Assembly: GCF_001314605.1 (NCBI RefSeq)
Contig: NZ_LIHP01000012.1
Location: 24,080-56,079 of the forward strand
From: Marinobacter sp. HL-58
GTDB taxonomy: Bacteria > Pseudomonadota > Gammaproteobacteria > Pseudomonadales > Oleiphilaceae
Length of the DNA stretch: 32,000 nucleotides
Direction: 5' to 3'
Part shown: one piece after another, positions 1 to 8,793 of the stretch
Numbering within the stretch: the first letter of the stretch is position 1
How the letters are laid out: each line of letters starts with the position of its first letter
Program-made: the position numbers and the translations under genes
The notes under the pieces: model-generated
Told to the model about the DNA's origin: nothing
The model's input: the letters and a program-made list of their open reading frames with translations, nothing else
Databases searched by the model: none

Positions 1-484
1 GGCGCCGGATCTGTGCCCGGCGCGCGGAGAAGAACTCGCTGATTACCCGGCTGCACTGGTGCGCAAGGATGCCACTGTGACATTCAACACGCCAGTTCAG
101 ATGGTCCTCGTCCAGCGTCCGCCGGGTGGATGCCACGGCCCCGGCCTTTGGCTCGGCTGCGCCATACACCAGTCGGCTGACCCGGCTATGAACAATAGCG
201 CCAACGCACATGGTGCAAGGCTCAAGGGTGACGTAAAGCGTGGCACCCGGCAACCGGTAATTCCCGACCCGCTTTGCCGCATCCCGCAGGGCCCGGATTT
301 CAGCATGGGCAGTCGGGTCGCAGCTGCTGATCGGCGCATTGAAGCCGGCACCAATCTCCTTGCCATCGAGGACGACCACCGCCCCCACAGGCACCTCACC
401 CGCCCCGGCTGCCTGCTCCGCCAGTTGCAGGGCGCGGCTCATCCAGGCCTCGTCGTCTTCGCAGCTCCCATGCGTCAGTACCAT
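1..484 (-). CDS. tadA: tRNA-specific adenosine deaminase (TadA-like), 3' end beyond window
   Basis: Manual reverse-strand translation: MVLTHGSCEDDEAWMSRALQLAEQAAGAGEVPVGAVVVLDGKEIGAGFNAPISSCDPTAHAEIR... with HAE and PCxxC zinc-deaminase motifs; open to base 1. Confidence 0.88.
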   Translation of the reverse strand, partial: MVLTHGSCEDDEAWMSRALQLAEQAAGAGEVPVGAVVVLDGKEIGAGFNAPISSCDPTAHAEIRALRDAAKRVGNYRLPGATLYVTLEPCTMCVGAIVHSRVSRLVYGAAEPKAGAVASTRRTLDEDHLNWRVECHSGILAHQCSRVISEFFSARRAQIRR

Positions 485-597
485 CAAAATTACCACGTCA
501 GTGTTTCAAAGGGCGCCAGTTTATCACGCCTCCTGCGTTTCCAAAGGCCACCGCAAAAAACAAACTCCCTCCGAAAACAGGGCAGCCGTTCTTCAGG

Positions 598-611
598 TTG
601 ATGCTTGTCAA
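598..611. promoter_or_regulatory. FNR/ANR-type box TTGATGCTTGTCAA upstream of phasin-phaC
   Basis: TTGAT-N4-GTCAA dyad, centre 604.5, 73.5 nt upstream of the phasin ATG. Confidence 0.65.
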
Positions 612-677
612 CATTACGTCATGAATCCTGCTGCAAAATAGAAGTTCAAATTCCCTGTATGCAAAGGAGATGTATCA

Positions 678-1019
678 ATGAGCAATGACCTGTTTGAAAA
701 AGCCACCCGCCTTAACGAAACCCTCTTCGAGCAGTTCAACAAGGCAGCGGAAATGCAGATGAACGCGTTTCGCCGCTACGCCGACGTTACCATGGAACAG
801 GCGAAAAAGGTGTCCGAAGTGCGGGACCTGGAAGGACTGAAGGCCGTTACCGGGGACCAGGCAGAAACCCTGAAATCCCTTAGCGAACAGTTCACCGCCG
901 ACTGGAAAGCCTGGCAGGATTACTTCAACGAAACCCGCGAGGAGGTCCAGAAGGTTTTCGAGAAGGCCCCCGAGGCAAAGGAAGAAACGGCAAAACCCGG
1001 CCCGAAGGCCACCAAGTAG
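678..1019 (+). CDS. Phasin family protein
   Basis: 113 aa, helical phasin-like sequence (LFEQFNKAAEMQMNAFRRYADVTMEQAKKV), AAAGGAG upstream, directly before PHA synthase. Confidence 0.8.
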   Translation: MSNDLFEKATRLNETLFEQFNKAAEMQMNAFRRYADVTMEQAKKVSEVRDLEGLKAVTGDQAETLKSLSEQFTADWKAWQDYFNETREEVQKVFEKAPEAKEETAKPGPKATK

Positions 1020-1028
1020 GGATTGTTT

Positions 1029-2831
1029 ATGTTGGGTATGGATACGCTGGGGAAAACCGTCAGCCAGCTGGTGAATCAGTTTGAAACCAATGTCCGGCAG
1101 GGCCAGCAGAACCTGGAGAAATGGCTTGGGGAGACCGGCGTCATGGATGACGCCAAACTCTCCACCCTGTCCGAGATGTCCGACGCTTATCGGGCCATGG
1201 CAGAGGATCTCCTGCTGCACCCGATCAGGTTTGCGAGCGCCGAACTGGGCCTTGCCCGCAAACACCTGGCGCTGGGTGGCTACACCCTTGCCCAGTTAAC
1301 CGGCAGGGACAGTAACCCGCCCGCGCAACCAGACCCGGATGACCGGCGTTTCCAGGCGGAAGACTGGCACAGGTACCTGCCTTTCGATGTACTCCACCAG
1401 GCTTACCTGATCAACTCCCGGGCATTTCTGGACTGGGTCGGCAACATGGAAGGCCTGCCACCGGCCGGCCGTGACCAGATGCTGTTCTACGCCCGGCAAC
1501 TGACCAGTGCGCTGTCACCCTCGAACTTTCCCGCCTCCAATCCGGAAGTTCTCAGGATTACCTGGGAGCGCAAGGGCATGAACCTGATTGACGGTACCCG
1601 GCAGTTGCTTGAAGACGTGCGGCAGAATCCGTCGCTGTTCAATGTCGGCATGACGGACCGCTCGGCATTTGAAATCGGCCGCAACCTGGCCACCACGCCG
1701 GGAAAAGTGGTTTACCAGAATGAACTGATGCAGCTGATCCAGTACTCACCGTCCACGGAAACGGTCAGTCAGCGCCCTCTTCTGATTGTCCCGCCCTGGA
1801 TCAACAAGTTCTACATACTGGATCTGACGGCACAGAAATCGTTTATCCAGTGGCTCGTTGACCAGGGCCAGACGGTCTTTATCATTTCCTGGCGCAACCC
1901 CGGGCCTGAGCTCCGGGACAAGGGTTGGGAAGATTACATGCAGCTGGGCCCGCTGGCTGCCATGGACGCAATCACCGAAGCCACCGGTGAAGAGCGGATG
2001 AATGTGATCGGCTACTGCATCGGCGGCACCCTGCTGGGGTCTACCCTGGCCTGGCTGAAGAAGAAACAGCGCAATCCGGTGGTCAGCGCTACCTACCTGA
2101 CCACCCTGCTGGATTTTTCGGACCCCGGCGGCATCGGCGTGTTCATCAACGATCACTCCATTCAGGGCATTGAGCGGATGCTGGAACGCAAGGGCTACCT
2201 TGATGGGCGCGCCATGGCGTTTACCTTCAACCTCCTGCGGGAAAACGAGCTGTTCTGGTCCTTCTGGACCAATAATTACCTGAAGGGTGAAAAGCCGGCC
2301 GCCTTCGACATACTTTACTGGAACACCGATGGCACCAACCTGCCAGCGAAGATGCACAGCTTCTATCTTCGTGAAATGTACCTGAACAACCGTCTGGTTC
2401 AGCCGGACTCCCTGACCCTGGCCGGGGAATCCATCAACCTGTCAGAGATTGAGGTGCCTTCGTTCTTCCTGTCGGCCCGGCAGGATCACATCGCCAAATG
2501 GAAAACCACCTATAAAGGTGCGCTGGCCCACGGAGGTGATGTGCGGTTTGTATTGTCCGGCTCCGGCCACATTGCGGGGGTAATCAACCCGCCCTACAAG
2601 GAAAAGTACGGCTTCTGGACCAACGACAGGATGCCGCCGGACGCTGAAGACTGGCTGGCGGATTCCGAGCAGCACCCGGGATCCTGGTGGCCACACTGGC
2701 TGGAATGGATTGCCCCGTACTCCGGTGAGCAGGTGCCGGCCCGCATACCGGGTGAGGGCAAATTGCCAGTAATCGAGGATGCTCCAGGGAGCTACGTGAA
2801 GGTCAAAGCGGCTGAAGCCGCCGCCAGCTAG
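1029..2831 (+). CDS. phaC: Class I poly(3-hydroxyalkanoate) synthase
   Basis: PWINKFYILDL..., lipase-like box GYCIGGTL, SGSGHIAGVINPP. ORF track starts at TTG 1023; ATG at 1029 is an alternative start. Confidence 0.93.
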   Translation: MLGMDTLGKTVSQLVNQFETNVRQGQQNLEKWLGETGVMDDAKLSTLSEMSDAYRAMAEDLLLHPIRFASAELGLARKHLALGGYTLAQLTGRDSNPPAQPDPDDRRFQAEDWHRYLPFDVLHQAYLINSRAFLDWVGNMEGLPPAGRDQMLFYARQLTSALSPSNFPASNPEVLRITWERKGMNLIDGTRQLLEDVRQNPSLFNVGMTDRSAFEIGRNLATTPGKVVYQNELMQLIQYSPSTETVSQRPLLIVPPWINKFYILDLTAQKSFIQWLVDQGQTVFIISWRNPGPELRDKGWEDYMQLGPLAAMDAITEATGEERMNVIGYCIGGTLLGSTLAWLKKKQRNPVVSATYLTTLLDFSDPGGIGVFINDHSIQGIERMLERKGYLDGRAMAFTFNLLRENELFWSFWTNNYLKGEKPAAFDILYWNTDGTNLPAKMHSFYLREMYLNNRLVQPDSLTLAGESINLSEIEVPSFFLSARQDHIAKWKTTYKGALAHGGDVRFVLSGSGHIAGVINPPYKEKYGFWTNDRMPPDAEDWLADSEQHPGSWWPHWLEWIAPYSGEQVPARIPGEGKLPVIEDAPGSYVKVKAAEAAAS

Positions 2832-2902
2832 AATTCCCAGGGATGGGGCATACCAGGCTTCACAACAGATATCCGGATAGAAATTTGCTTTTGGCTGCGT
2901 TA

Positions 2903-2916
2903 TTGACTGTCGTCAA
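2903..2916. promoter_or_regulatory. FNR/ANR-type box TTGACTGTCGTCAA upstream of hsp20
   Basis: Perfect TTGAC/GTCAA arms separated by 4 nt, in the phaC-hsp20 intergenic region. Confidence 0.6.
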
Positions 2917-3097
2917 CAGTTATCCAGAGGCGTTCGATAGGCTTGAACAGGAAGGTCGCACTGACCAGACATGCGAAGCTGACGGTCGAGAGTGGCGAGA
3001 AAGTAGTGGATACAATGGATCTCGACCTGACCGCAGACAGCCAACATGGTAAAGGCGTCCTTTCAAATCAAACATAGCCACTATTGGAGCCAAAAGC

Positions 3098-3547
3098 ATG
3101 AGAAACCTGATCAAGAGAGACAAGCCGTCCCTGCCCACCTTTCAACAGGAAATGGAGCGCTTTTTTAACGAACGCCTGTGGCCATTCTCTCTGGACGACA
3201 GGGAGCACGCCGGTGTCGCCCAATGGGCACCGGCTGTGGATGTCAAAGAAGACAAAGACCGTTTCGTGGTCACTGCAGACGTTCCCGGTGTCGATCCCAA
3301 GGACATCGAAGTGAATCTGGAAAACGGGGTACTCACAATACGCGGGGAGCGCGAAGAGGAAAAAGAAGATGACGACAAGGGCTGGCACCGGGTAGAACGA
3401 TTCACCGGCAGCTTTTTCCGCCGCTTTGACCTGCCCGGCGCAGCTGATGCCTCGCAGGTGACAGCAAAATCCGACAAGGGCGTTCTGAAAATTGAAATCC
3501 CCCGGTCAGAGAAGTCGCAAAATTCTCGCATCGAGGTCAAAGGCTGA
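3098..3547 (+). CDS. Hsp20/alpha-crystallin family small heat shock protein
   Basis: 149 aa; alpha-crystallin domain VKEDKDRFVVTADVPGVDPKDIEVNLENGVLTIRGERE...GSFFRRFDLPGAAD. Confidence 0.93.
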   Translation: MRNLIKRDKPSLPTFQQEMERFFNERLWPFSLDDREHAGVAQWAPAVDVKEDKDRFVVTADVPGVDPKDIEVNLENGVLTIRGEREEEKEDDDKGWHRVERFTGSFFRRFDLPGAADASQVTAKSDKGVLKIEIPRSEKSQNSRIEVKG

Positions 3548-3591
3548 AGAGAACGCCCTTCAGGATCAAGCATATTGCGGAGGTAGACCTC

Positions 3592-3789
3592 ATGATAAGG
3601 TCAACGCTGTCACAGGAGTCTTATAAAAATCCCTCGAATCTGATCGTTGTTCAGTGCCCGGATTGCCATGAATTATCGATGATATCGAGACTGAACCTGG
3701 CCGCTGGCGAGCAGGTTCGCTGCAACCATTGCAAAACATTTTCCCCTATCGAGGAGTACAAAGGGTACCCACCCGCCAAGTCCGGATAA
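3592..3789 (+). CDS. Small zinc-ribbon protein
   Basis: 65 aa with CPDCH...CNHC motifs; GGAGG-like site upstream. Confidence 0.6.
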   Translation: MIRSTLSQESYKNPSNLIVVQCPDCHELSMISRLNLAAGEQVRCNHCKTFSPIEEYKGYPPAKSG

Positions 3790-3833
3790 GTACCGCCCGG
3801 GTCCGGGCTGGCCCCTCAGGCTTACCGGAGGGG

Positions 3834-6020
3834 TTATGCCCGGCACTCCCACTCGAGTATCACTCCACCCAGAGGCGGCACATCCAGGGCCAGTGAGCAG
3901 GGCTGGTTCATCCAGGGTTGTTGTTCCGCTTCCAGGCCCTGGCCGTTACCCATATCGCTGCCGCCATAGAATCGCGAATCGGAATTGAACAGCTCATGGT
4001 AGTGGCCCGGCCCCGGCACGCCGACCCGATAGCCATAGCGGGGCACCGGCGTAAAGTTGAGCACGATGATCAGAGAACGGTCGTCATCAATGCGGCGGTA
4101 ACAGAGCAGTGACTGAGCCGCATCATGGCAATCAATCCACTCAAATCCCTGGCGCTGGAAATCATACCTGTGCAGTTCAGTACGCTGCGTGTAGAGCCGG
4201 TTCAGATCCGCCACCACCGCCAGCAAACCGGCATGCTCCGGATAGTCCAGAAGCCCCCAGTCCAGGGCGGCGTTGTGATCCCACTCCTGATTGACACCGA
4301 ACTCATCCCCCATGAAAAGCAGCTTTTTGCCGGGAAACGTGTACATGCAGGTGTAGAGCAGTCGCAGATTGGCAAACTGCTGCCAGCGGTCACCCGGCAT
4401 CTTGCTCAGCAAAGAGCGTTTGCCATGCACTACCTCATCGTGAGACAGAGGCAGGATGAAGTTCTCGTCAAAGGCGTAATACAGCGCAAAGGTAATGGCG
4501 TCGTGGTGATAATGACGATGGACAGGCTCCTTCTCGATATAGGAAAGGGTGTCATTCATCCAGCCCATATTCCACTTCATGCTGAAGCCCAGCCCCCCGA
4601 CCCAGACCGGCCGGGTTACCTGTGGCCAGGCGGTGGACTCCTCGGCGATGGTGACAGTGCCGGGACATTCCCGGTGGGTGACGGTATTGAGCTCCCGGAG
4701 AAACTGTATTGCCTCCAGGTTTTCATTACTGCCGTAGCGGTTAGGCAGCCAGTCGTCCTCCCGGCCGTAATCCAGGTAAATCATGGAGGCCACCGCATCC
4801 ACCCGCAATCCGTCGAAGTGAAACTGCTCCAGCCAATAGAGAGCACTGGATATCAGAAAGGAGCGCACTTCATTGCGCCCATAGTTGAATACCAGAGTGC
4901 CCCATTCCTTGTGCTCGCCTAACCGGGCGTCGTGATGCTCGTACAAGGCTGTGCCGTCGAAAAGCGCCAGCGCCTGGTCGTCCTTCGGGAAGTGGCCCGG
5001 CACCCAGTCCACATAGACCCCGATGCCTTGCCGGTGCAGGCAATCCACCAGGTAGCGCAAGTCGTCCTCGTTACCGTGACGGCGAGTGGCGGCAAAATAC
5101 CCGGTGCTCTGGTAACCCCAGGACCCCTCGAATGGGAATTCGGTGACCGGCATTAACTGCACATGGGTGAAACCTGTGCGTTTCAGATGAATCAGCAGGC
5201 GCTCCACCAGCTCGCGATAACCCAGCAGTTCACCGGTATCGCCCCGCTGCCAGGAGCCCAGATGGAGTTCGTAGATGGCAATGGGTGCCTGCTGCCAGTC
5301 CGGCCTCCGGTCCGGCCAGCCGTCATCGCCCCATTGATAGCTGGAGGGCCCGACCACGATGGAGGCTGGATGCGGTGGCGCTTCGAATTCCCGGGCAAAG
5401 GGATCTGCGCGCAGAAAAACCGTGCCGCTCTCACCGTGACGGATTTCGTACTTGTACAGGGCCCCGGGGCCGACACCGGGAATAAACAGCTCCCACACAC
5501 CACTGCCCCCGAGGCAACTCATGGGATGGCGACGGCCATCCCATGCATTGAAGTCACCGACAACGCTGACCCGCTCGGCATTGGGCGCCCACACCGCAAA
5601 ACGGGTACCCTCAACCCCCTCCCTGGCGTAGGGATGAGCGCCCAGCATCTGCCACGCCCGGTGATGGCGGCCCTCGCTGAAGCTCTGCAGGGCGGCTTCA
5701 TCGATATCCGGTGCAAAGGCATAGGCGTCCTGGTGGCTGTGCTCTCCTCCGTGTTCATCCCGGTAGCGTACTGAATAGGGGTGAGGCAAGTCGTTCGCAT
5801 CGCCGGCCCACGTAAACAGACCGCAGCCCTCATTTTTCATGGCGGCACCTGTTTCCTCTAACCAGGCAGTTACCGCCTGGGGCAGCCACACCCTTACAAC
5901 TGCCGTGCCATCCCGGAAATGGGGCCCCAGAATTTTGTGAGGTGCATGGTGGCGTGCGTCTCGCAAGTAGAGCAGGTCATCGCTGGTCGGTTCAACTTGC
6001 TTTATTGAGGGAAAATTCAT
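3834..6020 (-). CDS. glgB: 1,4-alpha-glucan branching enzyme
   Basis: 728 aa; CBM48-GH13 GlgB with VYVDWVPGHFPKD, DGLRVDAVASMIYLDYGR, ESTAWPQVTRP, LPLSHDEVVHGK. Confidence 0.96.
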   Translation of the reverse strand: MNFPSIKQVEPTSDDLLYLRDARHHAPHKILGPHFRDGTAVVRVWLPQAVTAWLEETGAAMKNEGCGLFTWAGDANDLPHPYSVRYRDEHGGEHSHQDAYAFAPDIDEAALQSFSEGRHHRAWQMLGAHPYAREGVEGTRFAVWAPNAERVSVVGDFNAWDGRRHPMSCLGGSGVWELFIPGVGPGALYKYEIRHGESGTVFLRADPFAREFEAPPHPASIVVGPSSYQWGDDGWPDRRPDWQQAPIAIYELHLGSWQRGDTGELLGYRELVERLLIHLKRTGFTHVQLMPVTEFPFEGSWGYQSTGYFAATRRHGNEDDLRYLVDCLHRQGIGVYVDWVPGHFPKDDQALALFDGTALYEHHDARLGEHKEWGTLVFNYGRNEVRSFLISSALYWLEQFHFDGLRVDAVASMIYLDYGREDDWLPNRYGSNENLEAIQFLRELNTVTHRECPGTVTIAEESTAWPQVTRPVWVGGLGFSMKWNMGWMNDTLSYIEKEPVHRHYHHDAITFALYYAFDENFILPLSHDEVVHGKRSLLSKMPGDRWQQFANLRLLYTCMYTFPGKKLLFMGDEFGVNQEWDHNAALDWGLLDYPEHAGLLAVVADLNRLYTQRTELHRYDFQRQGFEWIDCHDAAQSLLCYRRIDDDRSLIIVLNFTPVPRYGYRVGVPGPGHYHELFNSDSRFYGGSDMGNGQGLEAEQQPWMNQPCSLALDVPPLGGVILEWECRA

Positions 6021-6053
6021 GGCAACAGATCGCTCTTGTGAATGGCTGAAATA

Positions 6054-8729
6054 TCACTTCTGCACATAACGTTTTGCTGCCACCTGGATTGCAATCTGGC
6101 CGACCAGAAGCGGAACCAGGCTGCCGGCCAGCACCAGTAGCCAGTGCGAAATGGACGTGAGTGGTACCAGCCCCAGCAGCCCGCTCAACGGAGGAAAGTA
6201 AAGTGCGATCAATAGCAGAATGATGCAGATCACGATCGCTCCCCAGACGAACCGGCTAGTGACCACATTGTTATGCAGCCAATGGCTTTCAGGTGAACGC
6301 ATGTTGAACACATGCCAGAGCCTCGCCATACCGTACGTCAAAAAGGCCACGGTCACGGCACCCTCATAGTCCATGTCAAAAACCGACCGGGCGATAGCGA
6401 ACGTTGCCAGAACAGACGCCCCCATGGTGGCGCCAAAGCCCAGGATCGCCAGCCAACCACTGCGGGTCAGGACTGGTTCCGATGGGTCGCGGGGTTGCCT
6501 CTGCATCACCACTGGCTCGTCATCGCCCACACCCAGCGCCAGCGCAGGAAACACGTCCAGCAGCATGTTCAGGAACAGGATCTGCAACGGCAGCAGTGGC
6601 AGAGGCCATCCGGCCAGCACGGCGCCGGAGACAAGCAGAATCTGGCCAAGATTCCCGGACAAAAGAAAGATAATAAACTTGCGGATATTGTCGAAGATTG
6701 TCCGTCCCTGGCGGACGGCCATCACAATGGTCTCGAATGCATCGTCATGGAGGACTATGTCGCTTGCCTCGCGAGCAACCTCTGTGCCTCGCTTGCCCAT
6801 GGCAATACCGATATCCGCCTTTTTCAGTGCCGGCGCGTCATTGACCCCGTCACCTGTCATGCCCACGATTTCCCCGGCTTTCTGAAAAGCCTCCACCAGG
6901 GTCAGCTTTTGCTCCGGATTGACCCGGGCGAAGATCTCGGTTTCCCTGATTCGTTCAATATCTTCAGGATCAAGGTCCACACCTTCGAGAACGTCCTTTT
7001 CCTGGTCCACCATACCGACTTCCCGCGCGACGTTCAGCCCGGTGGCAGCATGGTCGCCAGTGGCCATCACGATGCGGATACCCGCTTCTCTGCATGCCCT
7101 GATGGCATCCGCCACGGCAACCCGGGGAGGGTCATACAGCCCTGCCAGCCCAAGCATTACCAACTCTTCGTATGCTTCGGAGTCAACGTCCGTCATGGAT
7201 TTCTCAGCCAGAGCCAGCACCCGCAGACCGTCCGCGGCCAATGTTTCATTCCGTTGCTGCCACTGGTCGCGCGCATCGTCATCAAGGCCCTCGTCCGAAT
7301 CGCAGTTGCGGTACCGGGTCGCCGCTGCCAGAACAGCCTCCGGCGCACCTTTGACCGCTGCCAGATAATCGCTGCCGTCACGGTGAATAGTGGCCATCAT
7401 CTTGGTATCCGGATCGAAGCTCACCTCGCGCTCCTCCGGCCAGGTCTCAAGAAGCTCCTTCCGATCCAGTCCTGCCAGTGCACCGGCATCCAGTAACGCA
7501 ACCTCCATCGGATCACCCGAGCCTTCCTCGTCGTTCTCTCCACGCTCCGAGTTGTTGCACAGAACCATGGTGCGGAGGGCCGCCTTCAGATCAGGTCGCT
7601 CTTCCGGATCAACCGGGGAATCATCCGCAAGGAAAGCATCGTCCTGGTTCGAGACATGAATATCACCGCCAGCCAGCGCTATGCGGTTCAGTACCATGCG
7701 GTTTTCGGTGAGTGTGCCGGTCTTGTCGGTGATGATCACCGTCGTCGCGCCCAGGGTTTCCACGGCGGAGAGCCGCTTGACCAATGCGCCGCGTCTGGCC
7801 ATACGCCACATGCCACGTCCCAGTGACAGCGTGGCGACAACAGGCAGGCCCTCCGGTACGGCAGCGATCGCCAGGACGATGGCAGTTTCGACCATCAGAC
7901 CGACCTCCTGGCCGGCAATAATTCCGGATGCGGCCACCACCAGGCCGACGATAATAACCAGGTAGATCAATCGCTTGCCAAGATTTTCGAGCCTGCGCTC
8001 GAGAGGGGCGGCATCTTTGTCCGCGCCTTCAACCAGGGCAGCGATCCGACCGATCTCGGTGTCCTGCCCCGTGCAGACCACCACGCCTTCGGCCGTACCG
8101 CGGGTCACGGCGGTACCCTTGAAAGCCATATTCACACGGTCAGCAAGAGGCGCTTCTCGATCTTCCAGGGCTTCAGTCGTTTTGGAGACTGGCTCGGATT
8201 CGCCAGTAAGAGCAGCTTCATTGCACTGCAGGTTTTCGACCGATGCGAGGCGCAGGTCCGCTGGCACGACCATGCCCTCGCCGAGAATCACAACATCACC
8301 CGGCACCAACTGACCAGCAGGCAGCTCCTGTTCCTTGCCTTCCCGGCGTACCCTAGCGGTGGTCTGTCCCAGACGCCGCAATGCATCCATCGACCGCGTC
8401 GCGGCGTACTCTGTTCCGAAACCAATGGCCCCATTGATCAGAATGGCCACTGCAATGGCCATGGCTTCGATGAACTCCCCGAAAGCCGCTGCTATGGCCG
8501 AGGCCACCACCAGCAGGATGATGACCAGACTTCTGAATTGGTCAAACAGGATGCGCCAGGTCGATTTGCGCCGGCTGGCTTCGAGGCGGTTGGGACCGAA
8601 CTGTGCCAGTCTTTTATCCGATTCCTTTTGGCTCAGGCCCTGTTCCGGGTCTACCGCCCAGTGGTCAAGCACCTCTTCGATGCCCTGAAGAAAAGATTGG
8701 TTCGTCGGCTCTTCCATGCATGCTCCCAT
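6054..8729 (-). CDS. P2-type (SERCA/PMR-like) cation-transporting ATPase
   Basis: DKTGTLTEN phosphorylation motif, TGES motif, PEGLPVV in TM4, GDGVNDAPALKKADIG. Start chosen at MGACMEEPTNQ within the longer ORF (to 8846); 8717 is also possible. Confidence 0.94.
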   Translation of the reverse strand: MGACMEEPTNQSFLQGIEEVLDHWAVDPEQGLSQKESDKRLAQFGPNRLEASRRKSTWRILFDQFRSLVIILLVVASAIAAAFGEFIEAMAIAVAILINGAIGFGTEYAATRSMDALRRLGQTTARVRREGKEQELPAGQLVPGDVVILGEGMVVPADLRLASVENLQCNEAALTGESEPVSKTTEALEDREAPLADRVNMAFKGTAVTRGTAEGVVVCTGQDTEIGRIAALVEGADKDAAPLERRLENLGKRLIYLVIIVGLVVAASGIIAGQEVGLMVETAIVLAIAAVPEGLPVVATLSLGRGMWRMARRGALVKRLSAVETLGATTVIITDKTGTLTENRMVLNRIALAGGDIHVSNQDDAFLADDSPVDPEERPDLKAALRTMVLCNNSERGENDEEGSGDPMEVALLDAGALAGLDRKELLETWPEEREVSFDPDTKMMATIHRDGSDYLAAVKGAPEAVLAAATRYRNCDSDEGLDDDARDQWQQRNETLAADGLRVLALAEKSMTDVDSEAYEELVMLGLAGLYDPPRVAVADAIRACREAGIRIVMATGDHAATGLNVAREVGMVDQEKDVLEGVDLDPEDIERIRETEIFARVNPEQKLTLVEAFQKAGEIVGMTGDGVNDAPALKKADIGIAMGKRGTEVAREASDIVLHDDAFETIVMAVRQGRTIFDNIRKFIIFLLSGNLGQILLVSGAVLAGWPLPLLPLQILFLNMLLDVFPALALGVGDDEPVVMQRQPRDPSEPVLTRSGWLAILGFGATMGASVLATFAIARSVFDMDYEGAVTVAFLTYGMARLWHVFNMRSPESHWLHNNVVTSRFVWGAIVICIILLLIALYFPPLSGLLGLVPLTSISHWLLVLAGSLVPLLVGQIAIQVAAKRYVQK

Positions 8730-8793
8730 CGCGTAGTCCAGACCGGGCTCTTCAGTCGATCTGTGTCTTTGTAAACGACTATCTTGAATACTC

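Noticed and set aside
59-601. 180-aa plus-strand ORF at the left edge
   Set aside because: Antisense to the tadA coding frame, which shows clear deaminase motifs.
675-1265. 196-aa minus-strand ORF over phasin/phaC
   Set aside because: Overlaps two well-supported plus-strand genes; composition looks like a reversed shadow frame.
3790-3833. Intrinsic terminator between the convergent zinc-ribbon gene and glgB
   Set aside because: CCCCTC...GAGGGG-like pairing exists in cccctcaggcttaccggagggg, but no adjacent T-run on either strand, so not called.
6312-7496. 394-aa plus-strand ORF
   Set aside because: Fully antisense to the P-type ATPase, which has complete catalytic motifs; the shadow ORF has no recognisable domain.
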